From: an uncultured Acidobacteriota bacterium
GTDB lineage: Bacteria > Acidobacteriota > Thermoanaerobaculia > UBA5066 > Gp7-AA6
Reading direction: 5' to 3'
DNA length: 64,000 nucleotides
Assembly: GCA_963824165.1 (NCBI GenBank)
Contig: CAWGOM010000009.1
Location: 79,972 to 143,971, forward strand
Below the pieces are notes generated by a model, which saw nothing but the letters and a program-made list of their open reading frames with translations, ran no database searches and had not been told where the DNA came from. Each line of letters starts with the position of its first letter. The first letter of the stretch is position 1. Of the stretch, positions 1 to 8,166 are shown in pieces. The position numbers and the translations under genes were made by a program.

Positions 1-546
1 GCCCCGGCCGGACCAGCCGCTCTGGGAGTGCGTGGAGCGGAAGTTCGCCCACTCCGACAGGTTCGTCTTGCCGAGAATCACGGCGCCCGCGTCGCGCAGC
101 CGCTTGACGACGTGGGCGTCCTTTTCCGGGACCGCGCCGACGAGCGCGAGCGAGCCCGCGGTCGTCTGCATCCGGTCGGCCGTCCCGATGTTGTCCTTGA
201 TCAGGACCGGGATCCCGTGGAGGGGCCCGCGCACCCGGCCGGCCTTGCGTTCGGCGTCGAGGCCGTCGGCGATCGAAAGCGCGTCCGGGTTGAGCTCGAT
301 GACCGCGCGCAGCGCCGGCCCCTGCCGGTCGACGGCCTCGATCCGGGCGAGGTACTTCCCGGCGAGCGTGCGCGCCGAGTCGGCGCCCGAGGCGAGGCGC
401 TTCTGGAGGTCGGCGACCGTCGCCTCGTCGAGCTCGAAGGCCGGCGGCGCGGCGGACGGCGGCACCGCCGCCGGGGCGTTACGGGCGACCGCCGCGGCCG
501 CGCCTCCCAGGACTCCGCTCTTGAGCAACGACCGGCGATCGATCAT
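1..546 (-). CDS. amidase-family hydrolase with Tat-type signal peptide (N-terminal 182 codons; rest lies left of the window)
   Basis: Not in the ORF track because it runs off the edge. My reverse translation from ATG 546-544 gives MIDRRSLLKSGVLGGAAAAVA (RR signal), then GRVRGPLHGIPVLIKDNIGTADRMQTTAGS and GKTNLSEWANFRS. These are typical of the amidase-signature family N-terminal half. Confidence 0.7.
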   Translation of the reverse strand, partial: MIDRRSLLKSGVLGGAAAAVARNAPAAVPPSAAPPAFELDEATVADLQKRLASGADSARTLAGKYLARIEAVDRQGPALRAVIELNPDALSIADGLDAERKAGRVRGPLHGIPVLIKDNIGTADRMQTTAGSLALVGAVPEKDAHVVKRLRDAGAVILGKTNLSEWANFRSTHSQSGWSGRG

Positions 547-618
547 TCCGCCCTCCCGCTTTGCGCGGCAGAGAGATATCACGGCGGGTCGCGGGCGCGG
601 CGATAGGATCACCGGCGC

Positions 619-2889
619 GTGACCGACCGACGCGTGCTTCTGCTTCTCGCGGCGCTCGCGATTCTCACGGCGTTCTATCCCGCCTTCTTCGGCGAGCTGC
701 CGGTCCCGGCCGCCGGCGCGCGCCTGATCCTGCCGGACGGCAGCCCGCCCCGCGACCGCAACGACGAGCTCGGCGACGTCCCGACGCAGTTTCTCCCGTG
801 GACGACGGCCGTCGCCGACGCCTACCGCGCCGGACGGCTCCCGCTGCGCTTTGCCGCCAACGGCTGCGGCACGCCGCTCTGGGCCAATCCCCAGGCCCAG
901 GCCGTGACGCCGACGACGCTCTTTTCGGTCCTGTTCGGCGCCGCCTGGGGATTCGGCGCGGCCGCGGCCCTCAAGCTGTGGCTCGCCGGGACCGGCGCGT
1001 ACCTCTTCGCCCGCCGGCGCGGTTTCTCGCGCGCCGCCGGGGCCTGGGCGGCGCTCGCCTTCGGTTTCGCGCTCCAGATGACGGCCTGGATGCATTTTCC
1101 ACACACCTGGCCGCTCGCGCTGCTGCCGTTCGCCCTCCTGGCCCTGGAGAAGATCGCGCGCGGTGAGCGAGGCGGGTTCGCCGCGACGACGGCCGTCGTC
1201 GGCCTGCTTCTCTTCGGCGGCTATCCCGAGGGCGAGTTCTTCGTGGCCCTCTGCGGCGCTTCGTTCTTCCTCGCGGTCCTCGCGGCGGGGGGCGTCCCGG
1301 CGCGCGAGAAGCTTCGGCGGTTCGGCCTCGCGGCAGCGGCGTCGATGCTCGGGCTCGGCCTGACCGCGGTGTACACGCTGCCCGCGACGATCGCTCTCGC
1401 CCGCGGCGAGCGGTCGGTGCAGGTCGCGCGCGGAACGCAAGGGCTCCAGCCGACGCTCGCGGCGCGCGACTTCCTCCGGCCTCCCGTGTACTGGGACGTC
1501 TCCCGATACTGGGTCGTGCCGGAGGCCCGGGGCAACCCGCGCGACGAGGACAAGTTCGGGCCGTACTCGTTCGCCGGGCGCGCCAGCGGCTACGCCGGCG
1601 TCCTCGTCCTCGCCTTCGCGCTGGCGGCGTTCTTCCGGCGGAGCGCCCCGCGGGCCGTGCGCCTGGCGCGGTGGGGGGCCGTCGTCACGGCGCTGTACCT
1701 GCTCTGGTATCCGCCGCTCGTATACGTTCTGCACGCGACGCCCGGCCTCTTGGAGCTTGCGACGCGGCTGACCTCCAACCGCGCCAATGCCATCCTCGTG
1801 CTCCTGCTCGCGCTGCTCGCCGCCTTCGAGCTCGAGCGCATCCGCGCCGGCGGCCGGACGGCGACGACGCGGGCGGCCGTCGCGATCCTGCTCGGCGCGA
1901 CGGCGCTCGTCTTCCGGGAGTACGCGCGCGCGCCGGACCGGCTGCCGATGACGACCTGGCGCGCGGTGAGCTTCGCGCTGCCGGCGCTGCTGCTTGCGGC
2001 GTGTTTCGTGCTTCTCACGGGGCGCCTCACCGCGCGCCGCCTTCGCGTCCTCGCCGTGTTTCTCTTCGCCGGCACGGCCGTCGACCTGCTCCGGATCGGG
2101 GCCCGCTTCAATCCCGGCACGCCGCGCGGGGAGTACTTCCCGGTGACGCCGAAGGTGCGCGAGCTCCAGGAGGCCGCCCGCGGCGGGCGCTTCGCCGACT
2201 CGACGTCGTACCTGACCGGGATGGCCTCGATGTACGGCCTCGAGGACGTTCGCGTCCACGACCCGGCGGCGCCGGCGGACTATCAGGACGTTCTCGCCGT
2301 CGCGGCGGGCTACACCGGCCCGGCCGAGTACAGCGCGCGCGTGACGCGGCTCGACGCCCCGATCCTGGACTTTCTGAACACGCGGGCGCGCGTGGGGCCG
2401 GGATCGCAGATCGCCGCGCGGCCGGCGCCCGAAGCCGTCTTCCCGGAGAGCCTCGTGGGCGCCGCCGACCCGGGCGAGTTGCTGCGCGGCCTCGCCGCCG
2501 AGACCGATTTTCTCCGCCGCGCCCACGTCGTCGGGCGGGACGAGTCCTTCACCGGATCGGCGCGCCTCGTCGCGTATGCGAGGCCGCGGCCCGAGGAGCT
2601 CAGGATCCGCGTATCGACGGAGTCGCCTCGCGTCCTCGCCGTTCCCGAAACCACCGACGGCGGCTGGACGGCGCGGGCCGGCGGCGCGACGCTTCCCACC
2701 CTGACCGCCAACGGCGCCTTCCTCGCCGTGCGCGTCCCCGCCGGCGAAACCGAGGTCGTCTGCCGTTACACGCCGCCGGGGTTTCGCATGGGCCTCGGCA
2801 TCTCCGCCGTCTCGCTCCTCCTACTGGGGGGTCAGGCCTTGATTCTGTATCGCCGCAAATTGTCACGAGAGTACAGATTCAAGGCCTGA
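619..2889 (+). CDS. large polytopic membrane protein, YfhO-like (putative glycosyl/lipid carrier-dependent transferase)
   Basis: 756-aa ORF with many hydrophobic spans. The N-terminal FLPWTT..GRLPLRFAANGCGTPLWANPQAQ resembles YfhO-family proteins. The last ~20 codons read into palindromic repeat 2827-2893. Confidence 0.55.
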   Translation: MTDRRVLLLLAALAILTAFYPAFFGELPVPAAGARLILPDGSPPRDRNDELGDVPTQFLPWTTAVADAYRAGRLPLRFAANGCGTPLWANPQAQAVTPTTLFSVLFGAAWGFGAAAALKLWLAGTGAYLFARRRGFSRAAGAWAALAFGFALQMTAWMHFPHTWPLALLPFALLALEKIARGERGGFAATTAVVGLLLFGGYPEGEFFVALCGASFFLAVLAAGGVPAREKLRRFGLAAAASMLGLGLTAVYTLPATIALARGERSVQVARGTQGLQPTLAARDFLRPPVYWDVSRYWVVPEARGNPRDEDKFGPYSFAGRASGYAGVLVLAFALAAFFRRSAPRAVRLARWGAVVTALYLLWYPPLVYVLHATPGLLELATRLTSNRANAILVLLLALLAAFELERIRAGGRTATTRAAVAILLGATALVFREYARAPDRLPMTTWRAVSFALPALLLAACFVLLTGRLTARRLRVLAVFLFAGTAVDLLRIGARFNPGTPRGEYFPVTPKVRELQEAARGGRFADSTSYLTGMASMYGLEDVRVHDPAAPADYQDVLAVAAGYTGPAEYSARVTRLDAPILDFLNTRARVGPGSQIAARPAPEAVFPESLVGAADPGELLRGLAAETDFLRRAHVVGRDESFTGSARLVAYARPRPEELRIRVSTESPRVLAVPETTDGGWTARAGGATLPTLTANGAFLAVRVPAGETEVVCRYTPPGFRMGLGISAVSLLLLGGQALILYRRKLSREYRFKA

Positions 2890-2893
2890 CCCC
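2827..2893. repeat. palindromic element family A (GGGGTCAGGCCTTGAWTCTGTA ... TACAGAWTCAAGGCCTGACCCC), copy 1
   Basis: 22-nt arms with 1 mismatch and a ~23-nt loop, between convergent genes. Both converging ORFs end inside it, giving mirror-image C-termini (GQALILYRRK.. / GQALNLYSRD..). Related copies at 41922-42008 and 49661-49724. Confidence 0.75.
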
Positions 2894-4313
2894 GTCTCAA
2901 GCGTCTCAGAAAAGATGGGCGATCGAGCTCGCGTAGTAGCTCGAGCAGCGGAATCTCCTCCCGGCGCGCGCGAAAGAGCCCGTCGGCCGTGTCGACCAGG
3001 CGGCGCAGCGTCAGCATGCGCAGGCCGACCGTGATCGCGTAGTCCTGATCGCCGCGCGGCACGTACACGTGGGCGCCGCGGCCCTCGAGCTCCTTCATCA
3101 GGCGCACGACCTCGCCCTTGAGCTCGAGCTCGCTCCAGAGCCGTTCGGGCGCGCGGACGAAGACGGTCGCGACGAGCGAAACCGGTACGACCGGGATGAC
3201 GCGGGCGATCTCGGACATGAGCTCGCGCGCCAGGTCCGCGAGCCGGCCCGAGCGCTCCTCGCCAGCAAGCGTGCGGAAATCCAGGCCATGGCGCTGGAGG
3301 TACCTCCGCAGCGAGACCGGCGAGCCGAAGTTCACGCAGGCGTAGCCGAAGCGGTGCCAGCGGCTTCGCGCCATCAGCCACACGTTGCGGCCGACGAACT
3401 GCGCCGTCGTTCCGGCCGCCGCGGAAGCGCTCGCGCGGCCCGCCTGCGGGTCGAGCTCGCGCAGGAAGCTGCGGTCCTCGAAGGTCCGGTCGTAGTTGAT
3501 CCCGACCGGCACGAAGACGATGTCGCGCTCGCCCGCCGGGTCGAACGAACGGACCATGTAGTCGAGAATGCCGAGCTTCGGCGGCCGCAGCTTCCCGTCC
3601 CGCGAGAGGCCGCCCTCCGGAAAGACCGCCTGGGTGACGCCCGCCGACGTCGCCATCCCGACGTAGCGCTCGAGGACCTTGCGGTAGAGCGGGTCCTTCG
3701 AGTTGCGCCGCACGAAGTAGGCGCCCATCGAGCGGATGAGCGTCTGGAGCGGCCAGATGCGCGCCCACTCGCCGACGGCGTAGGAGAGCGCGGCCTTCTC
3801 CGCGGCGAGATAGGACACCAGGACGTAGTCCATGTTGCTGCGGTGGTTGATGAGGAAGACGACCGTCGACTTCGGCGGGATCGCCGCCAGGCCCTCCTCG
3901 TCCTCGTACCCGAGCCGCACGCGGTAGAGCGAGCGCGCGACGTTGCGGGCGATCCAGTAGCCGACGCGGAAGTAAACGTATGCGTTGAAGGCCGGCACGA
4001 TCTCGCGCGCGTAGCGGCCGATCCGCTCCATGACGACCTCGCGCGGCACCGCCTTCTCGCGCGCATCCGCCTCGGCGGCCTGCTGGACCTGCGGGTCGTA
4101 GAGGAGGCGGTCGATGAGGACTTCGCGCTTGGTCAGCTCGAAGTGCGCGATGCGGATCTTCAGCCGGGTGTTGATCTCCTCGAGCACGCGATTGACCCGG
4201 CGACGCAGGAACCACCGGACGCTCGGGATCAGGAGCCGGTCGAGCGCGGCCCACGCGGCGAGGACCGCCAGCACGATGGCGAGCCAGACGGGAAGCTCGA
4301 CGCTCCCGCGCAT
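2832..4313 (-). CDS. PlsB-like glycerol-3-phosphate/lysophospholipid acyltransferase
   Basis: 493-aa ORF with an N-terminal TM helix, the acyltransferase HX4D motif (FLINHRSNMDYV) and a downstream FPEGGLSRDG block. Confidence 0.75.
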   Translation of the reverse strand: MRGSVELPVWLAIVLAVLAAWAALDRLLIPSVRWFLRRRVNRVLEEINTRLKIRIAHFELTKREVLIDRLLYDPQVQQAAEADAREKAVPREVVMERIGRYAREIVPAFNAYVYFRVGYWIARNVARSLYRVRLGYEDEEGLAAIPPKSTVVFLINHRSNMDYVLVSYLAAEKAALSYAVGEWARIWPLQTLIRSMGAYFVRRNSKDPLYRKVLERYVGMATSAGVTQAVFPEGGLSRDGKLRPPKLGILDYMVRSFDPAGERDIVFVPVGINYDRTFEDRSFLRELDPQAGRASASAAAGTTAQFVGRNVWLMARSRWHRFGYACVNFGSPVSLRRYLQRHGLDFRTLAGEERSGRLADLARELMSEIARVIPVVPVSLVATVFVRAPERLWSELELKGEVVRLMKELEGRGAHVYVPRGDQDYAITVGLRMLTLRRLVDTADGLFRARREEIPLLELLRELDRPSFLRRLRRGQALNLYSRDNLRRYRIKA

Positions 4314-4345
4314 CTTGCCGGCGGTCCCCTGGCCTCAGCCCCGGC

Positions 4346-4900
4346 CTAGCGGGGCCAGAGCCAGCCGAAGACGCCCGCGGTCAGCAGCCCGTAGACGATG
4401 CCGTCGATCATTTCCTTCAGCGTCGACGACCACGACTTCCCCCACCAGATCGCGGTCGGCACGATCGCGGCGGCGTAGGCGAGGATCGCGGCTCCGCCGG
4501 CGGTGTGGAAGACCGTGCGGTAAGAGGTGCCTGCCGGCAGGACACGGCCGGCGATGCAGGCCACGGCCGTCGAAACGAGAAGCAGGTAGACGAACCAGGT
4601 GCCGAGCTGCTTGCCCATGCTCATCGGCCCGGGCGGCCAGATGATCATCGTCCCCATCGGCCCCTCTTCCATCTTCTTCTTCGTCTCGGGGCTCTTGTCG
4701 CGCGGATCGCAGAACGGGAACCGGTACTGCCCGCGGCCGACCCCGGCACGGCGCATCGCCTCGAGCAGGCCGGCCTCGCCGGGAAGCTGCGCCCAGTCCT
4801 TCTTGTGGTGCGGCAGGAACATCCAGACGATGGAGCTCGCGATGTAGACCAGGACCGCGGAGACCAGAATGGGAAGCCAGAGAGATCCGAGCGGAACCAT
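4346..4900 (-). CDS. hypothetical integral membrane protein (about 184 aa)
   Basis: C-terminal part of track ORF 4346-5938. ATG at 4900-4898 is preceded by GAGGAGG. The product MVPLGSLWLPILVSAVLVYIASS... has about 4 hydrophobic helices. The upstream part of the long ORF is antisense to the GNAT gene. Confidence 0.6.
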   Translation of the reverse strand: MVPLGSLWLPILVSAVLVYIASSIVWMFLPHHKKDWAQLPGEAGLLEAMRRAGVGRGQYRFPFCDPRDKSPETKKKMEEGPMGTMIIWPPGPMSMGKQLGTWFVYLLLVSTAVACIAGRVLPAGTSYRTVFHTAGGAAILAYAAAIVPTAIWWGKSWSSTLKEMIDGIVYGLLTAGVFGWLWPR

Positions 4901-4975
4901 ACCCACCTCCTCGTTCGCTTGCGGGACGGACAGTGGCGGGATTATCCCCCGACGGGCGCGGCGTAGGATGCGCCC

Positions 4976-5422
4976 ATGGAATGGGCCCGCGGCGCCTTCG
5001 CGATCTCGACGGACCCCGGCCGGCTCGATCGGGGCCTCATCCAGGCCTTCCTCGCGGGGTCCTACTGGGCGAAGGGGATCCCGCGCGAGGTCGTGGACCG
5101 GTCGATCGACGGGGCCCTCTGCTTCGGGCTCTACGATGGCGAGGCCCAGGTGGGGTTCGCTCGGGTGATCACCGACCGGGCGACCTTCGCGTATCTGGCC
5201 GACGTCTTCGTGCTCGAGTCCCACCGCGGGCGAGGGCTCGCCGCCTGGCTCATGGAGGTCATCCAGGCGCACCCGGACCTGCAGGACCTGCGCCGCTGGA
5301 TCCTCATGACCCGCGACGCCCACGGTCTCTACCGGAAGTTCGGGTTCCGCGAGATCGCCGACGCCGCCCGCTGCATGGAGATCGTCGACCGCGAGGTGTA
5401 CACGCGCCTCCGGCGGGGCTAA
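4976..5422 (+). CDS. GNAT family N-acetyltransferase
   Basis: 148 aa with an acetyl-CoA binding-type block VLESHRGRGLAAWLM and a C-terminal LYRKFGF motif. Confidence 0.8.
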   Translation: MEWARGAFAISTDPGRLDRGLIQAFLAGSYWAKGIPREVVDRSIDGALCFGLYDGEAQVGFARVITDRATFAYLADVFVLESHRGRGLAAWLMEVIQAHPDLQDLRRWILMTRDAHGLYRKFGFREIADAARCMEIVDREVYTRLRRG

Positions 5423-5546
5423 GATCGCCTCGCTGCCTATGATCGCCTCTCGGTAAGAAACGCGGTTCGGACGGCCCGGCCGTCCCCAACGAAACGCAAC
5501 CGAAGCGCGGCGCCCGAAATCGGGCTCGCCGCCGAGAGGAGCCCCC

Positions 5547-6323
5547 TTGAACGCACCCACGGACTGGTGGAAGGATTTTTTCAGCGGTCTCGCCGTCGAC
5601 TTCTGGCGGGCCGCCGTGCCCGCGGAAGCGACGCAGGCCGATGTCGATTTTCTCTGGAAGCACCTCGATCTCGCCCCGGGCGCCCGCGTGCTGGACGTCC
5701 CCTGCGGGGCCGGGCGGCTCACGCTGCCGCTGGCCGAACGGGGCTGCGCGATGACCGGCATCGACATCTCGCAGGAATTCCTGGACGCGGCGGCCGCGGC
5801 GGCGACCGAGCGCGGCCTGCCGGTCGAGCTTCGGCGCGCCGACATGCGGGAGCTGCCGGCCGGCGCGAAATTCGACGCGGCCTTCTGCTTTGGCAACAGC
5901 TTCGGGTATCTCGACGACGCCGGCAACGAGGCGTTCATCGCGGCGGTCGCGGCGGCGCTCTCGCCCGCCGCGCGTTTCTCGATCGACTTCGGCCAGACGG
6001 CCGAGGGCGTCTTCCCCAGGCTCGAGCCGCGGCTCGAGGGAGAGCTGCACGGCTACCGGTTCGCCGAAACGACGCGTTTCGATCCGCTCTCCTCGCGCAT
6101 CGAGAACGAGTTCGAGTTTTCGAAGGACGGCCGCTCGGAGCGAAAGCTCGCGTCGCAGCGCGTCTATCTCGCCGGGGACCTCGCCCGGATCCTCGACCGG
6201 GCCGGCTTCGGCGTTCTCGGCCTCTACGGCTCCCCGGCCGAGGAGCCGTTCGCGCTCAGCTCGCAGCGCCTCCTGATCGTGGCGGAGAAGCGGCGCGCTT
6301 CTTCAGGAGCGAAACGAGGCTGA
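5547..6323 (+). CDS. class I SAM-dependent methyltransferase
   Basis: 258 aa with motif I VLDVPCGAGRLTLPLAERG and the post-I acidic GIDIS. Confidence 0.8.
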   Translation: MNAPTDWWKDFFSGLAVDFWRAAVPAEATQADVDFLWKHLDLAPGARVLDVPCGAGRLTLPLAERGCAMTGIDISQEFLDAAAAAATERGLPVELRRADMRELPAGAKFDAAFCFGNSFGYLDDAGNEAFIAAVAAALSPAARFSIDFGQTAEGVFPRLEPRLEGELHGYRFAETTRFDPLSSRIENEFEFSKDGRSERKLASQRVYLAGDLARILDRAGFGVLGLYGSPAEEPFALSSQRLLIVAEKRRASSGAKRG

Positions 6324-6519
6324 TCACGGACCACGAGCCTTCGAGGACGATCAGGCCCGCGTTCTTCGCCTCGACCGCGAACCAGGTGAGGATCACGGCC
6401 CCGACGAAGTTGAGCGCGAGGTAGGCGCGGTCCTCGCCGCCGAGCTTCCCGGCCTGCTGGGCGGCGAAGGCGGCGAGGATCATCGCCGCGCCGAGGAGCG
6501 AGACGACCTGCGCGATCAT
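6256..6519 (-). CDS. small membrane protein (CBU_0592-like, about 87 aa)
   Basis: ATG at 6519-6517 overlaps the stop of the upstream SRPBCC gene (ATGA). The product MIAQVVSLLGAAMILAAFAAQQ...YLALNFVGAVILTWFAVE has 2-3 TM helices. Its 3' end overlaps the convergent methyltransferase. Confidence 0.5.
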   Translation of the reverse strand: MIAQVVSLLGAAMILAAFAAQQAGKLGGEDRAYLALNFVGAVILTWFAVEAKNAGLIVLEGSWSVISLVSLLKKRAASPPRSGGAAS

Positions 6520-7337
6520 CGCGGGGCCCCGGGACCGTTGCCGAGCGCGGCCGAGAGGCGCTGGAGGGCCGCCTGCAGGGACTCCTCCCACTCCGGCGAG
6601 AGCGGGGCGCCCCACGAGAGCAGGCGCGCGGCGACGACCCTTCCGGGGCCCGCGCGAAAGCCCTTGAGCTCCAGCACACCGTCGACTTCCTCGCAGGAAA
6701 GGGCGACCTCCCAGCCGGTCTTCGAGATGACCCGGCCGGTGAGGCTGCGCCCGCCGGGCAGCCGCAGCGCGCACGACTCGCCGACCCCGCCGATCGAAGC
6801 GGAGGTCGTGAGCCACCGGTCGAGACCCTCCTCCGTCGCATAGAAGGGCAGGAGCCGTGCGTACTCGTAGGCGGCCGGCTCCATGACGAGAAGCGCCTGC
6901 TTCGGGCGGCCCGCGTAGTTCTCCAGGTAGTGCTTGAGAATCGCGAGGGCTTGCGTCCAGCCCGAAACGATCCCCTGGTACTCCTCGTCCCACTGCGACC
7001 CGTCGAGGAACCCCGAGTTGACGAGCGTGACGACCGTTTCGCCGCCCTCCCGCGCGATCGTGACCTCGAGCAGAAAGGGTCCGCTCTTGGGCGCCTCGCC
7101 CCCGAGGGCAAAGCGCCTGCCGGGCTCGGCGACGACGACCTCGTAGGGGATCTCGTAGCCGAATTTCTCGAAGATCCAGGTGAAGGTCGTCCCGACCTCG
7201 GGCTTGCCGCGCGCGCGGTCGACGAACCAGTGGGCGATCTTCTCCGGGTCGGTCCAGGCGTCCCACACCTGCTCGGGGGTCGCCCGGGTGCGCATTCGGA
7301 CCTCGAGGCGGCGTCCGCGGTGAGTTCTCTCGTCCAT
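6516..7337 (-). CDS. SRPBCC / AHSA1 (Aha1-like) domain protein
   Basis: 273 aa. The N-terminal ATPEQVWDAWTDPEKIAHWF is characteristic of AHSA1/SRPBCC ligand-binding folds. It lies directly downstream of an ArsR-type regulator, a common pairing. Confidence 0.8.
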   Translation of the reverse strand: MDERTHRGRRLEVRMRTRATPEQVWDAWTDPEKIAHWFVDRARGKPEVGTTFTWIFEKFGYEIPYEVVVAEPGRRFALGGEAPKSGPFLLEVTIAREGGETVVTLVNSGFLDGSQWDEEYQGIVSGWTQALAILKHYLENYAGRPKQALLVMEPAAYEYARLLPFYATEEGLDRWLTTSASIGGVGESCALRLPGGRSLTGRVISKTGWEVALSCEEVDGVLELKGFRAGPGRVVAARLLSWGAPLSPEWEESLQAALQRLSAALGNGPGAPR

Positions 7338-7339
7338 GG

Positions 7340-7993
7340 TCAGGACTCCTCCTTCGGGCCCGGCTCCTCGGCCGGTACCGGGTAACAGGCGAGAACCAGC
7401 CGATAGGGGCGGCCGCGCCCGGGCCGGCCGTTCTCGCGGAGATTCGGCGTCGAATGGCGGGCGATGACCTCGACGATCGCGGCCCGGATGGCCTCGGCGA
7501 ACCGCGTCCGCTGCTCCGGCGTCTCGAACCGGAACTGCGACTTCACCGAGAGCGTCGCCAGCCGCTTGCCCTGCGCGGTGGCTTCCTGGGCCGCGCGACC
7601 GACGTCCGAACGGACCTGTTCGGCCAGGGCCAGCATGTAGTCGGCCGAGGCCGTGTCGCCGATCTGCCTCCAGTCGGGCGCGAGCGGCCCGAGCAGGTCA
7701 GGCGAGAGTGTGTAAGAGCGGGCGGTGGCCACGTAGCGCTGCTCGATCAGGTTCCGGCGCCGGCGCCGCCCGGCCGCGCGCAGCAGGCCGGCCTTCTCGA
7801 GCTCCCGGACGTGGTAGTTGACGCGCTGCCGGGGAAGGCCCAGCCGCCGCGCCATCTCGGTCGACGAGGCCGGCTCTCGCGCCAGCGCCAGGAGGCGCGA
7901 GCGCAGGGGGTGCAGGAGCGCGCTCGCCCGGCGCGAGGTCTCCACGGCCTCGAGCCCGACCGCGCCGACACCCGCCTCGGCTTCCACAGACAA
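7340..7993 (-). CDS. ArsR-family winged-helix transcriptional regulator
   Basis: 217 aa containing LLHPLRSRLLALAREPASSTEMARRLGLPRQRVNYHVRELEKAGLL, a typical ArsR/SmtB HTH. Confidence 0.8.
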   Translation of the reverse strand: MSVEAEAGVGAVGLEAVETSRRASALLHPLRSRLLALAREPASSTEMARRLGLPRQRVNYHVRELEKAGLLRAAGRRRRRNLIEQRYVATARSYTLSPDLLGPLAPDWRQIGDTASADYMLALAEQVRSDVGRAAQEATAQGKRLATLSVKSQFRFETPEQRTRFAEAIRAAIVEVIARHSTPNLRENGRPGRGRPYRLVLACYPVPAEEPGPKEES

Positions 7994-8045
7994 CTATTGT
8001 TGTATGGACAAATTAACTTGTCAATATGGAAAGTGGCTCCCTTTC
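7994..8045. promoter_or_regulatory. AT-rich divergent promoter/operator region (arsR-like operon / ABC exporter)
   Basis: CAACTATTGTTGTATGGACAAATTAACTTGTCAATATGGAAAG is a sharp AT-rich island in GC-rich DNA. It contains TTGACA on the minus strand (8024-8019) and TTGT..ACAA repeats. Exact -10 boxes are ambiguous. Confidence 0.35.
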
Positions 8046-8166
8046 CGCGTGGCCCGCGTACTTCCAGAGGTGAACCCCTCTTCCGCCCGGGCGACATCCC
8101 GTCGATACAATCGCCCGATGGTCCTTCTCGGGTCCGCCGTGCTCGCATCCGGGGCCGCCTGAGCGA

